NCBI GenBank assembly: GCA_045863295.1
Contig: BTWA01000009.1
Location: 127,106 to 191,105, forward strand
DNA from: Candidatus Hydrogenedentota bacterium
GTDB taxonomy: Bacteria; Hydrogenedentota; Hydrogenedentia; Hydrogenedentales; SLHB01
Direction: 5' to 3'
Length of the DNA stretch: 64,000 nucleotides
The position numbers were made by a program, and so were the translations under genes. The stretch's first letter is position 1. Each line of letters begins with the position of its first letter. Below the pieces are notes generated by a model. That model was not told where the DNA came from, did not search any database, and was given only the letters and a program-made list of their open reading frames with translations. This document shows positions 38,462-48,160 of this stretch, one piece after another.

Positions 38462-40210
38462 ATGAATATGAAGCGAAGCGCGGTCATTATCGGAGTGGAT
38501 AAAGTACACGGCATGGCGCTTCTGCATGATGCGGCAGCGGGAGCCATGGCGTTTGCAGACTGGGCAAGCAGCCAGGCTATTGACGTGGACCTGTTGACCG
38601 ACTCGGGTGGGTCAAATGTTACGGTCGCTCAAGTAAAGTCGACGGTAAAAAGAATCGTCGATTCGCAAACCTATGACCAACTCATCATCTATTTTGCGGG
38701 TCACGGAATCTGTAAGCAGCCCGGAACGGAATTGTGGTTGCTTTCGGGAGCCACCGAAGACTCGAATGAAGCCATAAATTTGTCGGGCTCTTCCTGGCAG
38801 GCTCGAAATGCGCGTATCAATCACATTGTATTCATTTCGGACGCGTGCCGGACTCCGGCCAGCAATCCACTTCTTAGCCAAATATTTGGATCCATCATCT
38901 TTCCGAATGCTGTTGCACTTCCCCAACGTCCCGCGCTGGACTTTTTCTACGCGACACTGCCTTGGCAGCCAGCGATTGAAGTGCCTGAGCCGGAAGCTGC
39001 ACAACAATACCGGGCTGTATTTACAAGTGATTTACTCAAAGGGTTGCGAGGCGAAATTGTGTATGTAGTATTGAAAGAGGACAATGGCCCGACAGGCAAC
39101 GCCGTTTGGAAAGTGACAAGCGACTCGGTGAAACCGTTTCTTATAGAGCACGTGCCACTTACGGCCTCGGGCTACGACATCAGGCTGCAACAATTTCCCG
39201 AAATCATCGTTGAATCACGTCCACCAACATATCTTTCGTTATTCGATGCCGCTCCCGCCGCCGATCCTGCATTTGATGTGCCCGAAGCCGGGAGCCCATG
39301 TCCTTCTGACATCATGTGCAGCCTGCAGGCCGAGACATTCTTTCATCAATCGATGCAGCCTTCTCTCTACAGCCCAGAGATCCGGGATGTGGCCATGCGC
39401 TCCAAAATGGCCGCGCGAATTTCTGAAATTGAACGTGCCAAGGGACGGGAGTCCTTTGAGACGCGCACCGGGTTTTCCGTGGTGGGATCCCGTATTGCGC
39501 GGGCCGTCGTTTCCCGGTCGTCATGGGATATGTTTGAGGAAAACGGCGCTCAACACATTCGCGTGCATAATGAGAATCTCGAGGACCAACCTCGCTCAGC
39601 GCTCATTCAGATTGAATTTGGCAAGGTTGTTCCCCTTGCCGTATTGCCGGGTTTCATTGGTACCATTGTAGCCGATGGCCCTCGCGTTCTCTCGATCAGT
39701 TATTTACCCAGCCGCGGATCTTCCCGTTATCCACAGCACAATCCGGATCTATTGGATGACGTACGCCGGCGAAATGCATCTGCGTCCGTGGCTGCCGAAT
39801 CGGGCCATTTCCGGTTTGAAACGGAGGTACTTGCCATACAGGCGGCAGACATGCTGCGAGAATCCAAAGGTATTGATCCCATGTTGGGTTTGTACTCCGC
39901 GTATGCCTATGCGCAGGCGGGCAAATTTGAAGAAGTACATTCCGTCTTCGAGATTATGCATCGTGAACCGGAGCCGGTTTTGTATGACGTTGCCATGCTC
40001 GCGGGTAAGTTGTTGCCTGGATTGGGAGAAAGCCCCAGGGCCGCGCCTTTCTGCCCGATGCTGGCGCAAGGCTGGTGGTTGATAGAAGCGACCGGAACAG
40101 AATTGAACGATTGGGCGCAGCATGCACGCAGCCTGCTATTGCCTGGACTGTGGACCACATTGGACGCGGAACGAGTGGCAGATTTGTGGACTTCCGTTGA
40201 AAGGGATTAA
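38462..40210 (+). CDS. Caspase-like (C14) peptidase with uncharacterised C-terminal region
   Basis: SAVIIGVD, IYFAGHG (His), FISDACR (Cys), VFTSDLLKGLRG, QQFPE. Confidence 0.88.
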   Translation: MNMKRSAVIIGVDKVHGMALLHDAAAGAMAFADWASSQAIDVDLLTDSGGSNVTVAQVKSTVKRIVDSQTYDQLIIYFAGHGICKQPGTELWLLSGATEDSNEAINLSGSSWQARNARINHIVFISDACRTPASNPLLSQIFGSIIFPNAVALPQRPALDFFYATLPWQPAIEVPEPEAAQQYRAVFTSDLLKGLRGEIVYVVLKEDNGPTGNAVWKVTSDSVKPFLIEHVPLTASGYDIRLQQFPEIIVESRPPTYLSLFDAAPAADPAFDVPEAGSPCPSDIMCSLQAETFFHQSMQPSLYSPEIRDVAMRSKMAARISEIERAKGRESFETRTGFSVVGSRIARAVVSRSSWDMFEENGAQHIRVHNENLEDQPRSALIQIEFGKVVPLAVLPGFIGTIVADGPRVLSISYLPSRGSSRYPQHNPDLLDDVRRRNASASVAAESGHFRFETEVLAIQAADMLRESKGIDPMLGLYSAYAYAQAGKFEEVHSVFEIMHREPEPVLYDVAMLAGKLLPGLGESPRAAPFCPMLAQGWWLIEATGTELNDWAQHARSLLLPGLWTTLDAERVADLWTSVERD

Positions 40211-40213
40211 TTC

Positions 40214-41083
40214 ATGCGACTGGTGTTGATACATGGGCGCGCACAAGAGGGTAAGAGCAGCGACGAACTGAAGGAAGAGTGGTTGGTCGCCCTCCGGCGA
40301 GGACTCTTAGACAATCAACTTCAGCTACCGGCCGATACGGACGTTCAGGTACCGTTCTACGGGAATAGACTTGATGAACTTATTCGTCAGCTGGATGCGC
40401 CTCTGGTTGAGGATGCGGTGATACGTGGCGACGCCAAGGACAGTATTGCTCCAGAGTTTCGAGGCGAATTGCTGGAAGAGCTTGCCAAGAATGCACAATT
40501 GTCGGACGAGGAAATAAAGGCGGAGTTTACCGGAGAAATTCAGGAGCGCGGGCCGGCAAATTGGGAATGGGTTCATGCGATTCTCAAAGCGCTCGATAAA
40601 AAGACAGATTTCGGCGACAATGTTATCGAGACGTTTACTCGAGATGTTTACGTTTATCTGACCAACGCCGTAGTGCGACGTGAAATTGACGGTATCGTGG
40701 CAGCTGCGCTGCCGGAACAAGGGCCGTGTGTTGTTGTGGGCCATTCGTTGGGAAGCGTTGTCGGATACAATGTGTTGCGCAGGGCGGCAAATTCAATTCA
40801 GGTCAAAAAATACGTGACTGTAGGTTCACCGCTTGGATTGAAGTCTATCAGAAAAAGAGTTGAGTCTCCCATAAAAATGCCGGAATGCGTATCGGAATGG
40901 TTTAATGCCTATGACGATGGCGACATTGTGGCATTGCTTCCACTGGACGAAAACCACTTCAATGTAGATCCCCCCATTGTGAACAAAGGCGACGTCAACA
41001 ACCATACCGATAACCAACACAGCATTGCCGGGTACTTGGACGACCCGGAGGTTGCAAAGCAAATCCAAACCGCACTCACGTAA
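40214..41083 (+). CDS. Alpha/beta-hydrolase (lipase-like)
   Basis: LIHGR, VGHSLGS nucleophile elbow, TVGSPLG, NAYDDGDIV, HSIAGYL; starts 3 bp after the caspase stop. Confidence 0.88.
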   Translation: MRLVLIHGRAQEGKSSDELKEEWLVALRRGLLDNQLQLPADTDVQVPFYGNRLDELIRQLDAPLVEDAVIRGDAKDSIAPEFRGELLEELAKNAQLSDEEIKAEFTGEIQERGPANWEWVHAILKALDKKTDFGDNVIETFTRDVYVYLTNAVVRREIDGIVAAALPEQGPCVVVGHSLGSVVGYNVLRRAANSIQVKKYVTVGSPLGLKSIRKRVESPIKMPECVSEWFNAYDDGDIVALLPLDENHFNVDPPIVNKGDVNNHTDNQHSIAGYLDDPEVAKQIQTALT

Positions 41084-41194
41084 CAACTGCAATCATCGTT
41101 GCCGCAATCGTTCGGTTGTTGAAGATGAACTCCCATCGCCAAATCGCTTACACTTTTTCTTTGGTGTACATCGCAATTAATCGGAGTGGGGTTC

Positions 41195-42271
41195 ATGACT
41201 CTCAAGGCATATCCTTCTCGGCGCAACTTTCTTAAAACGGCCCTGGCCGGGTCTGTAGCGGCTTGTGCACTCCCTGCGATTGCGCAGGAAGACCAGGAGC
41301 CGCCGTTGCCGGGCACGGCCATTTCTCCGACCTATCCGGAGACCTCCGCCGAGTTGAAAGTAGGGGATGCGTCCCGAATCCGCATTCTTCAGTTTACGGA
41401 CGCGCACTTTTTTCAGAAGCGCAAGGAAATCCCCGATGGCAACGAGCGAACCGTCGGCGATTGGAAGACCATGGTCGATTTGTACAGGCCCGACCTCGTG
41501 GCCATGACCGGCGACCTGTGGCATGACAACCCGGATCATCGCGGTGCGGAGTTTCAGCATCACGCCGTGCAATGGTTGGGCGAGTTGGGGGTGCCTTGGG
41601 TCTACACGTGGGGTAACCACGACCAACTTGACGATCTGCCCAAGGGGCACGATACGTTTCATGATGCCAAGAATTCGTTGTACCGTGGGGGGACCCAATC
41701 CGGCAACTATACCGTTACGCTAACCGACGCCGCCGGAGCGCCGGTATGGCAGCTCTTCTGCTTGAACACACACCGGTTCGGCATAACCCGCGGTACCTAC
41801 GAGTGGTTAAAGGTGCAGGCGGCTGGCCGCAAGGGAATGTCGAACCTCGCACCCGCATTCGCCCTCTTTCACATTCCCGTCCAGCAATACGAGCAATTGC
41901 GAACGGGCGGCGGCATGTCGGGTTTCGCATTCGAACAGGTGTGCAACGAGGGCGAACAAGGCGATGCACTCAAGGAGTTGGTGGCCCTGAACGGGGTCAG
42001 GGCCACTTTCTGTGGACACGACCACGTCAACGATTATTCCGGCGTGGTGGACGGCATCGAGTTGGTGTACGGCCGGTCCTCGGGTTGGAATGCCTACGGG
42101 TGGGACACCGTGCGCAAGGGCGGCAAGCTCATCACCATGAACGCTCAAACCGGAAACTACGCATGGGAGTCGGTATTTCCTGACGGTCTGCGTTGGCATC
42201 CCAAAGACGGCGAGCATATCGAAACCCAGGTTGATGAGCCTTGGATGAAACCGCCGAAGTTGGCCGGTTGA
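41195..42271 (+). CDS. Tat-exported metallophosphoesterase
   Basis: SRRNFLK; FTDAH, TGD, WGNHD, FHIP, GHDH. Confidence 0.9.
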   Translation: MTLKAYPSRRNFLKTALAGSVAACALPAIAQEDQEPPLPGTAISPTYPETSAELKVGDASRIRILQFTDAHFFQKRKEIPDGNERTVGDWKTMVDLYRPDLVAMTGDLWHDNPDHRGAEFQHHAVQWLGELGVPWVYTWGNHDQLDDLPKGHDTFHDAKNSLYRGGTQSGNYTVTLTDAAGAPVWQLFCLNTHRFGITRGTYEWLKVQAAGRKGMSNLAPAFALFHIPVQQYEQLRTGGGMSGFAFEQVCNEGEQGDALKELVALNGVRATFCGHDHVNDYSGVVDGIELVYGRSSGWNAYGWDTVRKGGKLITMNAQTGNYAWESVFPDGLRWHPKDGEHIETQVDEPWMKPPKLAG

Positions 42272-42352
42272 ATTCTTCGTGGGTAGTCGATGGCGGCAGG
42301 CGGTTCCAATGGATGACGAAGCCGGTTCAACCTTGGTAAGCTATAGACCCAA

Positions 42353-42387
42353 GCCGGGAGCGCCACTGGGCGTTATCCCGGCCTTTT
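42353..42387 (+). terminator. Putative intrinsic terminator upstream of dapL
   Basis: GCCGGGA...TCCCGGC stem followed by CTTTT. Confidence 0.5.
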
Positions 42388-42417
42388 CATTCAGCGCAAA
42401 GGAGAGATGGTCGCGAC

Positions 42418-43641
42418 ATGGCGAGAATAAACGCAAACTTCGACAAATTGGCGGCGGGATACCTCTTCCCGGAGATCGGACGGCGGACGCGCGAGTTTTT
42501 GGCGGCCAACCCGGGTGTGGAAGTCATGCGGCTGGGTATTGGCGACACCACCGTGCCGCTTACCCCCACCATCATCGAAGGACTACATCACGGGGTTGAG
42601 AAGCTGTCCAAACCCGAGACGTACACCGGGTACGGGCTGGAACAAGGCAATTTGCCCATACGCGAAGCGTTGGTGCGCCGCTATGCCCGGTTGAGCGCCG
42701 AATTGACGCCGGACGAGGTATTTATCAGCGACGGCGCCAAGCCGGATTCCGCCAATATTCAGCAGATTTTCGGTTTGGACAACATTATTGCTGTTCAAGA
42801 CCCGGCGTATCCCGTCTATGTTGACAGCAACGTCATCGCGGGCCGTACCGGCTTGGTGCAAGGTGTTCAATATCAGGGCATAGTTTACATGCCCTGCAAT
42901 GCCGAGAACGGTTTCTTCCCGGATCTGCCCAAGCAAAAGGTCGACATCATTTATATCTGTAGCCCCAACAACCCCACCGGCGCGGTAGCCACGAAGGAAC
43001 AATTGAAGACCTTTGTGGATTATGCGCTTGAACACAAGGCGGTCATCATTTTCGATTCCGCCTACGCCGCTTTCATTGCCGATCCTACGCTGCCTCGGAG
43101 CATTTACGAAATTGACGGCGCGAAGGAATGCGCCATCGAATTGAGTAGTTTCTCCAAAGAGGCCGGTTTTACCGGCGTGCGCCTCGGCTGGACCATCGTG
43201 CCCCAGTCGCTGGTGTGCGAGGATGGCGAGCCCGGCAAGTTGAACCGGCTCTGGAACCGCCGTCAGTCAACCATGTTCAACGGCGCTTCCAACATTGTGC
43301 AGGAAGGCGGTTTGGCGGCCTTGACCGAACAGGGTCAGGAAGAGTGCCGCAGCGTTATCCGGTATTACATGAACAATGCGCGCGTCATTCGCGGGGGCCT
43401 TGAAAACATGGGATTAACGGTATTTGGCGGTGTGAACGCGCCGTACGTATGGCTGAAGACGCCTAACAATCTCAGTTCCTGGGACTTCTTCAGCAAGCTG
43501 CTGCACGAGGCCCATGTTGTCGGCACGCCCGGATCGGGATTCGGTCCCAGCGGCGAGGGGTACTTCCGGTTGAGTGCGTTTGGTCAGGCGGAGGCGGTTC
43601 GCAAGGCGGTGGACAGCATCAAATCGAATTTAAAACTGTAG
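42418..43641 (+). CDS. dapL: LL-diaminopimelate aminotransferase
   Basis: YLFPEI, LGIGD, SDGAK, PNNPTG, SFSKEAGFTGVRLG, GFGPSGEGYFRLSAF. Confidence 0.96.
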   Translation: MARINANFDKLAAGYLFPEIGRRTREFLAANPGVEVMRLGIGDTTVPLTPTIIEGLHHGVEKLSKPETYTGYGLEQGNLPIREALVRRYARLSAELTPDEVFISDGAKPDSANIQQIFGLDNIIAVQDPAYPVYVDSNVIAGRTGLVQGVQYQGIVYMPCNAENGFFPDLPKQKVDIIYICSPNNPTGAVATKEQLKTFVDYALEHKAVIIFDSAYAAFIADPTLPRSIYEIDGAKECAIELSSFSKEAGFTGVRLGWTIVPQSLVCEDGEPGKLNRLWNRRQSTMFNGASNIVQEGGLAALTEQGQEECRSVIRYYMNNARVIRGGLENMGLTVFGGVNAPYVWLKTPNNLSSWDFFSKLLHEAHVVGTPGSGFGPSGEGYFRLSAFGQAEAVRKAVDSIKSNLKL

Positions 43642-43869
43642 TCGGACAATATCAGGGTAAACGGCTGCGAAAAATGCAACTTTTTCGCAAAGGGCGAGAT
43701 CATACGTTTGTCGGGCAAATCGGGCAAAATGCCACCGGATATGGCGTATAGACCGAAGGTTACCCCGAAATACTGTATGAAAAGTTGAATGGCGGGCGTA
43801 CTTCTGGTACACTCCTTATGCATCAGTTTACCCCGTCCTTGTCGACCATCTCGCGGAGGAAAAAAGAAC

Positions 43870-44415
43870 ATGAAGGTCGCGCATTCTAAATTGCTGATTC
43901 TGGGATTGTGTGTGGTCATGACCATGTCCGTCGGTACCGGTTGTAAAAAGAAGCCGAAGCCCATCGATCCCAATCTCACCACCGATACTGGAATGAACAA
44001 CAATTCCGGCTTCGAAGAAACCACAGGATCCGGCCTGCCTGAAATTGACACGGGCACGCTCTTTGAAAAGGCCACCGAAATGGAAGTCGTTTACTTCGAC
44101 TACAACAGCTCGGCGTTGCGGCCCGATGCGCTGAATTCGTTGAAGCGCAATGCGGAGATCATGAAGCAAAACCCGACCACGCTATATCAGATCGAAGGTC
44201 ACTGCGACGAACGCGGCACGCAGGAATACAACTTGGCACTGGGCGAACGGCGCGCGCTGTCGGTACGTGAGTATCTGACGCGTCTGGGCGTCTCCGGTGA
44301 CCGTGTCATTACGATCAGCTACGGCGAGGAAATGCCCGCGGTGATGGGCAGTGGCGAATCGGCTTGGTCGAAGAACCGGCGCTGCGAGTTCAATAAGTCA
44401 ACGCGGCCCCAATAA
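43870..44415 (+). CDS. pal: Peptidoglycan-associated lipoprotein
   Basis: Lipobox-like GTGC; IEGHCDERGTQEYNLALGERRA, SYGEE, NRR. Confidence 0.93.
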   Translation: MKVAHSKLLILGLCVVMTMSVGTGCKKKPKPIDPNLTTDTGMNNNSGFEETTGSGLPEIDTGTLFEKATEMEVVYFDYNSSALRPDALNSLKRNAEIMKQNPTTLYQIEGHCDERGTQEYNLALGERRALSVREYLTRLGVSGDRVITISYGEEMPAVMGSGESAWSKNRRCEFNKSTRPQ

Positions 44416-44457
44416 CGCCGGTTGGACGGTTCAATTACGGTGAGGAGGCGAGGAACG

Positions 44458-45291
44458 ATGAAGTTTCCAGTGCGCGGATTGCTTCTGGCCGGCGTGGCGG
44501 TGTTGCCGCTGGGCTGTGCGACCACAGGCGGTGGCGACCAGGTGTCGAATTCAGTGTACGCCACTCATCGGATTGTTAAGGGCTTGGAGCAGGACCTGGG
44601 TCCGCGTATCAATCAGTTGAATGAAACGGCCGCTGATTTGACCTCAAAGGTCGAACAAAGCGACATGCAGACGCGCCAATTGCAGTCCATGCTTGAGGAA
44701 AACCAGATCAAGCTGGCCGCGCTGGAAAAGCAACTGCAAGACCTGACCCGCGTCTTGTATCAGCGTATGGGACTAACCGGTCCCAATACGTCGAGCCAGA
44801 CGTTCACGGCGCCGCCTCCTTCCATTTCCGATCCCGGTACTGGCACTGCTGTGCCGGCCCCGGAGGCAACCGCATCCACGGAAGTGACGCCTCCGGTTGA
44901 GGGCTCCGGCAACGCCGTGGCCGATTATGCGGCCGCGACGAAGGCCTACCTTGGCGAAGATTACGCAGGGGCCCTGGATCAGTATGACGCATACCTGCAG
45001 AAGTATCCGGTTTCTGACAACAGGGACAGCGTTGTTTACTGGCGCGCGGAATGCCTGCGCAAACTCAACCGGGAGCAGGAAGCTATCTCCGCGTACCAAC
45101 AGTTCCGGCAGGAGTACCCGAGCAGCGCAAAGGTGCCGATGTCTCTTTTCAGCGAAGCCATGGCCTATCAACGGCTCGGACAGACCGCCAAGGCCATTGA
45201 ACTGCTCAAGCAACACATCCGCGACTATCCCGTCGACGGGTCCACTGATCGGGCCAAGGCATTGCTGAAAACGCTTGAAGCCGGAGGATGA
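44458..45291 (+). CDS. cpoB: CpoB/YbgF-like TPR lipoprotein
   Basis: LPLGC lipobox, coiled coil, TPR repeats (YPxS), directly after pal. Confidence 0.8.
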   Translation: MKFPVRGLLLAGVAVLPLGCATTGGGDQVSNSVYATHRIVKGLEQDLGPRINQLNETAADLTSKVEQSDMQTRQLQSMLEENQIKLAALEKQLQDLTRVLYQRMGLTGPNTSSQTFTAPPPSISDPGTGTAVPAPEATASTEVTPPVEGSGNAVADYAAATKAYLGEDYAGALDQYDAYLQKYPVSDNRDSVVYWRAECLRKLNREQEAISAYQQFRQEYPSSAKVPMSLFSEAMAYQRLGQTAKAIELLKQHIRDYPVDGSTDRAKALLKTLEAGG

Positions 45292-45310
45292 TTTAAGCAG
45301 GTCCGGTAGT

Positions 45311-46972
45311 ATGGATTTCGAATTCAAGACGCGCGAACACTCCCTGTTCGCGCGTCTTTCCTTTTGGAATCAATGCCGGGGGTGGATCCGGCATGCTGTG
45401 GTGGGCGGACGACCACTGGCCGTTCTGACTCTTCTGATCCTCCTGACGACGGCTTGCCCGCTGCTCCCAGGCGGGCCGTGGCGGAGCTTGTTGTATCCGG
45501 CGGAATGGACTCCAGCCTTTTCAACCCCTTCCGGCCAGTTTCTGCACGACTTTTCCTATTCCGGATATCGATTGGGGGACGACCCCTTACCTGTCGACTT
45601 GGGGCGACCCGTATTTGAGGCGGTGCAAACCTTCGGCGCCGACCCTACTGGTGCAACAGACTCGACCGCTGCCATACAGGCGGCGATTGACGCTGCAGGG
45701 TCAAGCGGAGGCGGCATTGTTCATCTGGCAAAAGGGCTATACCGGTGCGATGGGCTGCTGACCGTTAGCGCGCCCTTCGTAACCATTCGCGGTGCTGGGC
45801 CGGCAGACACCAGGGTCTTTTTCACGCGTACCTACGACATGAGCTACAAGTCACACCTTACATTTAGGGGTGCTGTACAGCGCGGACCGGACATTCCCCT
45901 GGTGGTCGACGGTTTGAATCGATCGATGCGGGTCGAGTTGACGGATGCCTCCAGTTTGCGGCCGGGCGACGAAATTGCCGTGGGCTGGGTCATCACGGAC
46001 CCTTTTGTGAAAGAGCACGGCATGACCGGCACTTGGCAGGCCTTCAATGGGCAGTGGCGCCCATTCTTCCGGCGGACCATAACCGCAATCGACGGAAACC
46101 AAGTTGCTATTGACGTGCCCTTACGGTATGACGCAAAGATCCGCGACGCCGCCAGTGTCCGGGTGGAAACCGGCTATGTACGCGAATGCAGCTTGGAAGA
46201 TTTGGGAATCGCGAACGCGGTCGACTACGCCACCGCATGGAATTTGAATCAGGTTTGTGCCGTCTCGTTCGACGGCGTGGCCGATTCTTGGGCCAGAAAT
46301 GTTCACAGCGTTGCTTCACCTCATCCAGATGGCAGCGGCTTTCACCTGCAGAGTGTCGGGATTCGCGTATCCGGTTCCAAGCGAGTCACGATTGCGGGTT
46401 GTTCCATGGATCGGCCACAGAATCGTGGAGGCGGGGGCAATGGCTATCTTTTTGAACTGGGTACAAGCAACGAGGTTTTAATCCGGGACTGCGTGGCCAC
46501 GAATGGCCGGCACAACTTCATTCAGAATTGGGATTTCGGGGCCTCGGGTCTGGTATTCCTTCGCTGTCACAGCGCCGGTGGACGAAATCTGAACGGTGTG
46601 TGGGACCCTATTGGTTTTCCGGCATACTCCGAATACCATCATTCGTTGGCCATGGCCAACCTCGTCGATTCCTGCACATTGGATGACGGCTGGTATGGCG
46701 GAAACCGGCAGGACTGGAGTTCCGGCGCGGGCCACAGCGTCACCCAGAGCGTCTTCTGGAATACGGAAGGGGCTGGACGAATCCGGTCCTTTCAATACGG
46801 CATGGGCTACGTGATCGGCACCCAAGGCGTATCTGTGGATACGCTGCTCTTCGGACAATCCGCCGAAGGCACTGCCCCCGCCGATTTTGTCGAAGGCCTG
46901 GGACGTGGGGCGGACTTGGAACCTCAGTCCTTGTATGAAGACCAACGGATAAAACGTCTTGGCGCGAAGTAA
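45311..46972 (+). CDS. Pectate-lyase-fold (beta-helix) glycan-active protein (start uncertain)
   Basis: DFSYSGY, FGADPTGATDSTAAIQAAIDAA..GGGIVHLAKGLY, GRHNF. Confidence 0.75.
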   Translation: MDFEFKTREHSLFARLSFWNQCRGWIRHAVVGGRPLAVLTLLILLTTACPLLPGGPWRSLLYPAEWTPAFSTPSGQFLHDFSYSGYRLGDDPLPVDLGRPVFEAVQTFGADPTGATDSTAAIQAAIDAAGSSGGGIVHLAKGLYRCDGLLTVSAPFVTIRGAGPADTRVFFTRTYDMSYKSHLTFRGAVQRGPDIPLVVDGLNRSMRVELTDASSLRPGDEIAVGWVITDPFVKEHGMTGTWQAFNGQWRPFFRRTITAIDGNQVAIDVPLRYDAKIRDAASVRVETGYVRECSLEDLGIANAVDYATAWNLNQVCAVSFDGVADSWARNVHSVASPHPDGSGFHLQSVGIRVSGSKRVTIAGCSMDRPQNRGGGGNGYLFELGTSNEVLIRDCVATNGRHNFIQNWDFGASGLVFLRCHSAGGRNLNGVWDPIGFPAYSEYHHSLAMANLVDSCTLDDGWYGGNRQDWSSGAGHSVTQSVFWNTEGAGRIRSFQYGMGYVIGTQGVSVDTLLFGQSAEGTAPADFVEGLGRGADLEPQSLYEDQRIKRLGAK

Positions 46973-47146
46973 CGACCGCCGACCGGGGCAAGAATCTCAT
47001 CGTTCGAAGCTGAGCACGTGCCCCCTGTTTTGAAGGTACGAAATCCTGTAAACTCCAATTCCTTGTAGGTTTCGCGCCGTGCCGGGTGTCCTGCCCCAAG
47101 GTGAGAAACAACAAATTTTCCCTACAGCAGAGAATGAGGCAATGCA

Positions 47147-48157
47147 ATGAAGTATTTTCTCGGACTGGACGCAGGCGGTACGAAGACGTTCTGCCTGATT
47201 GCGGATGAGACAGGACGTGTACTGGGGTTTGGCAAGGCGGGTTGCGGCAATTACGAGGGCCTTGGCATTCCTCCGGCCCGGGTCGAGAACCAAAAAGCCG
47301 TGACAAATGCTCTGAAGTCGGCCGGCTTGGAAATAACGGCCATTACGGCGGTGGGCATGGGCATAGCCGGCGCAGACCTGCCCGAAGACTACGAAATGCT
47401 GGATCGGGAAATTTTTAAAGGTATTTTTGGCGACATTCCACGGGATTTTCAGAACGATTCCATGGCCGGCCTTCGTGGCGGTATCCGGCACCCCTACGGG
47501 ATAGTGATTGCTTGCGGTACCGGTTGCGTGTGTGCCGGCATGAATCAACAGCACCAACACGCACGAACCGGGGGGTTGGGGGGTGAGTTCGGAGATTTCT
47601 GCTCGGGAACCGATTTAGGCCGGCGGGGTCTAATCCGTGTGTGGCAATCGCGCGACGGGGTATTTCCCCCTACGAGGATGACACCCAAATTTGTTGCCCG
47701 GGGCGAATGCAAGGATGTGGACGAGTTGTTCTACAAGGTGTACCGTAAACAGATAACGGAGTCCGACTTGCAGCCCATGGCCAAACTAGTATTTGAGGCG
47801 GCGGCGGAAGGGGATGAAGCGGCGTGTGCCATTTTGGAGGAGGGAGGCCGTTACCTGGGCGAGATGGTGAACGCCACGGCCCGCAAGTTGTCTATGCAAG
47901 GCGATTCATTTGAAGTAGTTATGGCAGGCAGCGTGTTTAAGGGCAGCAGCCCGGTCCTGAAAGACTCCATGGTTACGGTCATTCACCGGGAATGCCCACA
48001 CGCACGAACGGTCATGCCGGTGTTTGAGCCGGTGGTTGGCGCGCTGTTGATGGGTATGGAAGTGGACGGACCCGTGAGCGATGCGGTATATACCCGTTTG
48101 GCTCAGGCATTGGAACAGGCGGAGTCCCAGTATTCCGTAAAACTGAAGGTGAGTTAG
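47147..48157 (+). CDS. BadF/BadG-type (GlcNAc/MurNAc-like) sugar kinase
   Basis: GLDAGGTKT, GIAGAD, ND, IACGTG. Confidence 0.88.
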   Translation: MKYFLGLDAGGTKTFCLIADETGRVLGFGKAGCGNYEGLGIPPARVENQKAVTNALKSAGLEITAITAVGMGIAGADLPEDYEMLDREIFKGIFGDIPRDFQNDSMAGLRGGIRHPYGIVIACGTGCVCAGMNQQHQHARTGGLGGEFGDFCSGTDLGRRGLIRVWQSRDGVFPPTRMTPKFVARGECKDVDELFYKVYRKQITESDLQPMAKLVFEAAAEGDEAACAILEEGGRYLGEMVNATARKLSMQGDSFEVVMAGSVFKGSSPVLKDSMVTVIHRECPHARTVMPVFEPVVGALLMGMEVDGPVSDAVYTRLAQALEQAESQYSVKLKVS

Positions 48158-48160
48158 GTC

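Noticed and set aside
22329..40210. C13 surface peptidase and C14 caspase as one system
   Set aside because: They are 10 kb apart, separated by housekeeping genes, and predicted in different compartments.
42272..42417. Lysine riboswitch before dapL
   Set aside because: The region is short and lacks the consensus; only a terminator-like hairpin is seen.
43870..45291. pal-cpoB without adjacent tolQRAB as a novelty
   Set aside because: Split tol-pal loci are common, and the other genes may lie outside the window.
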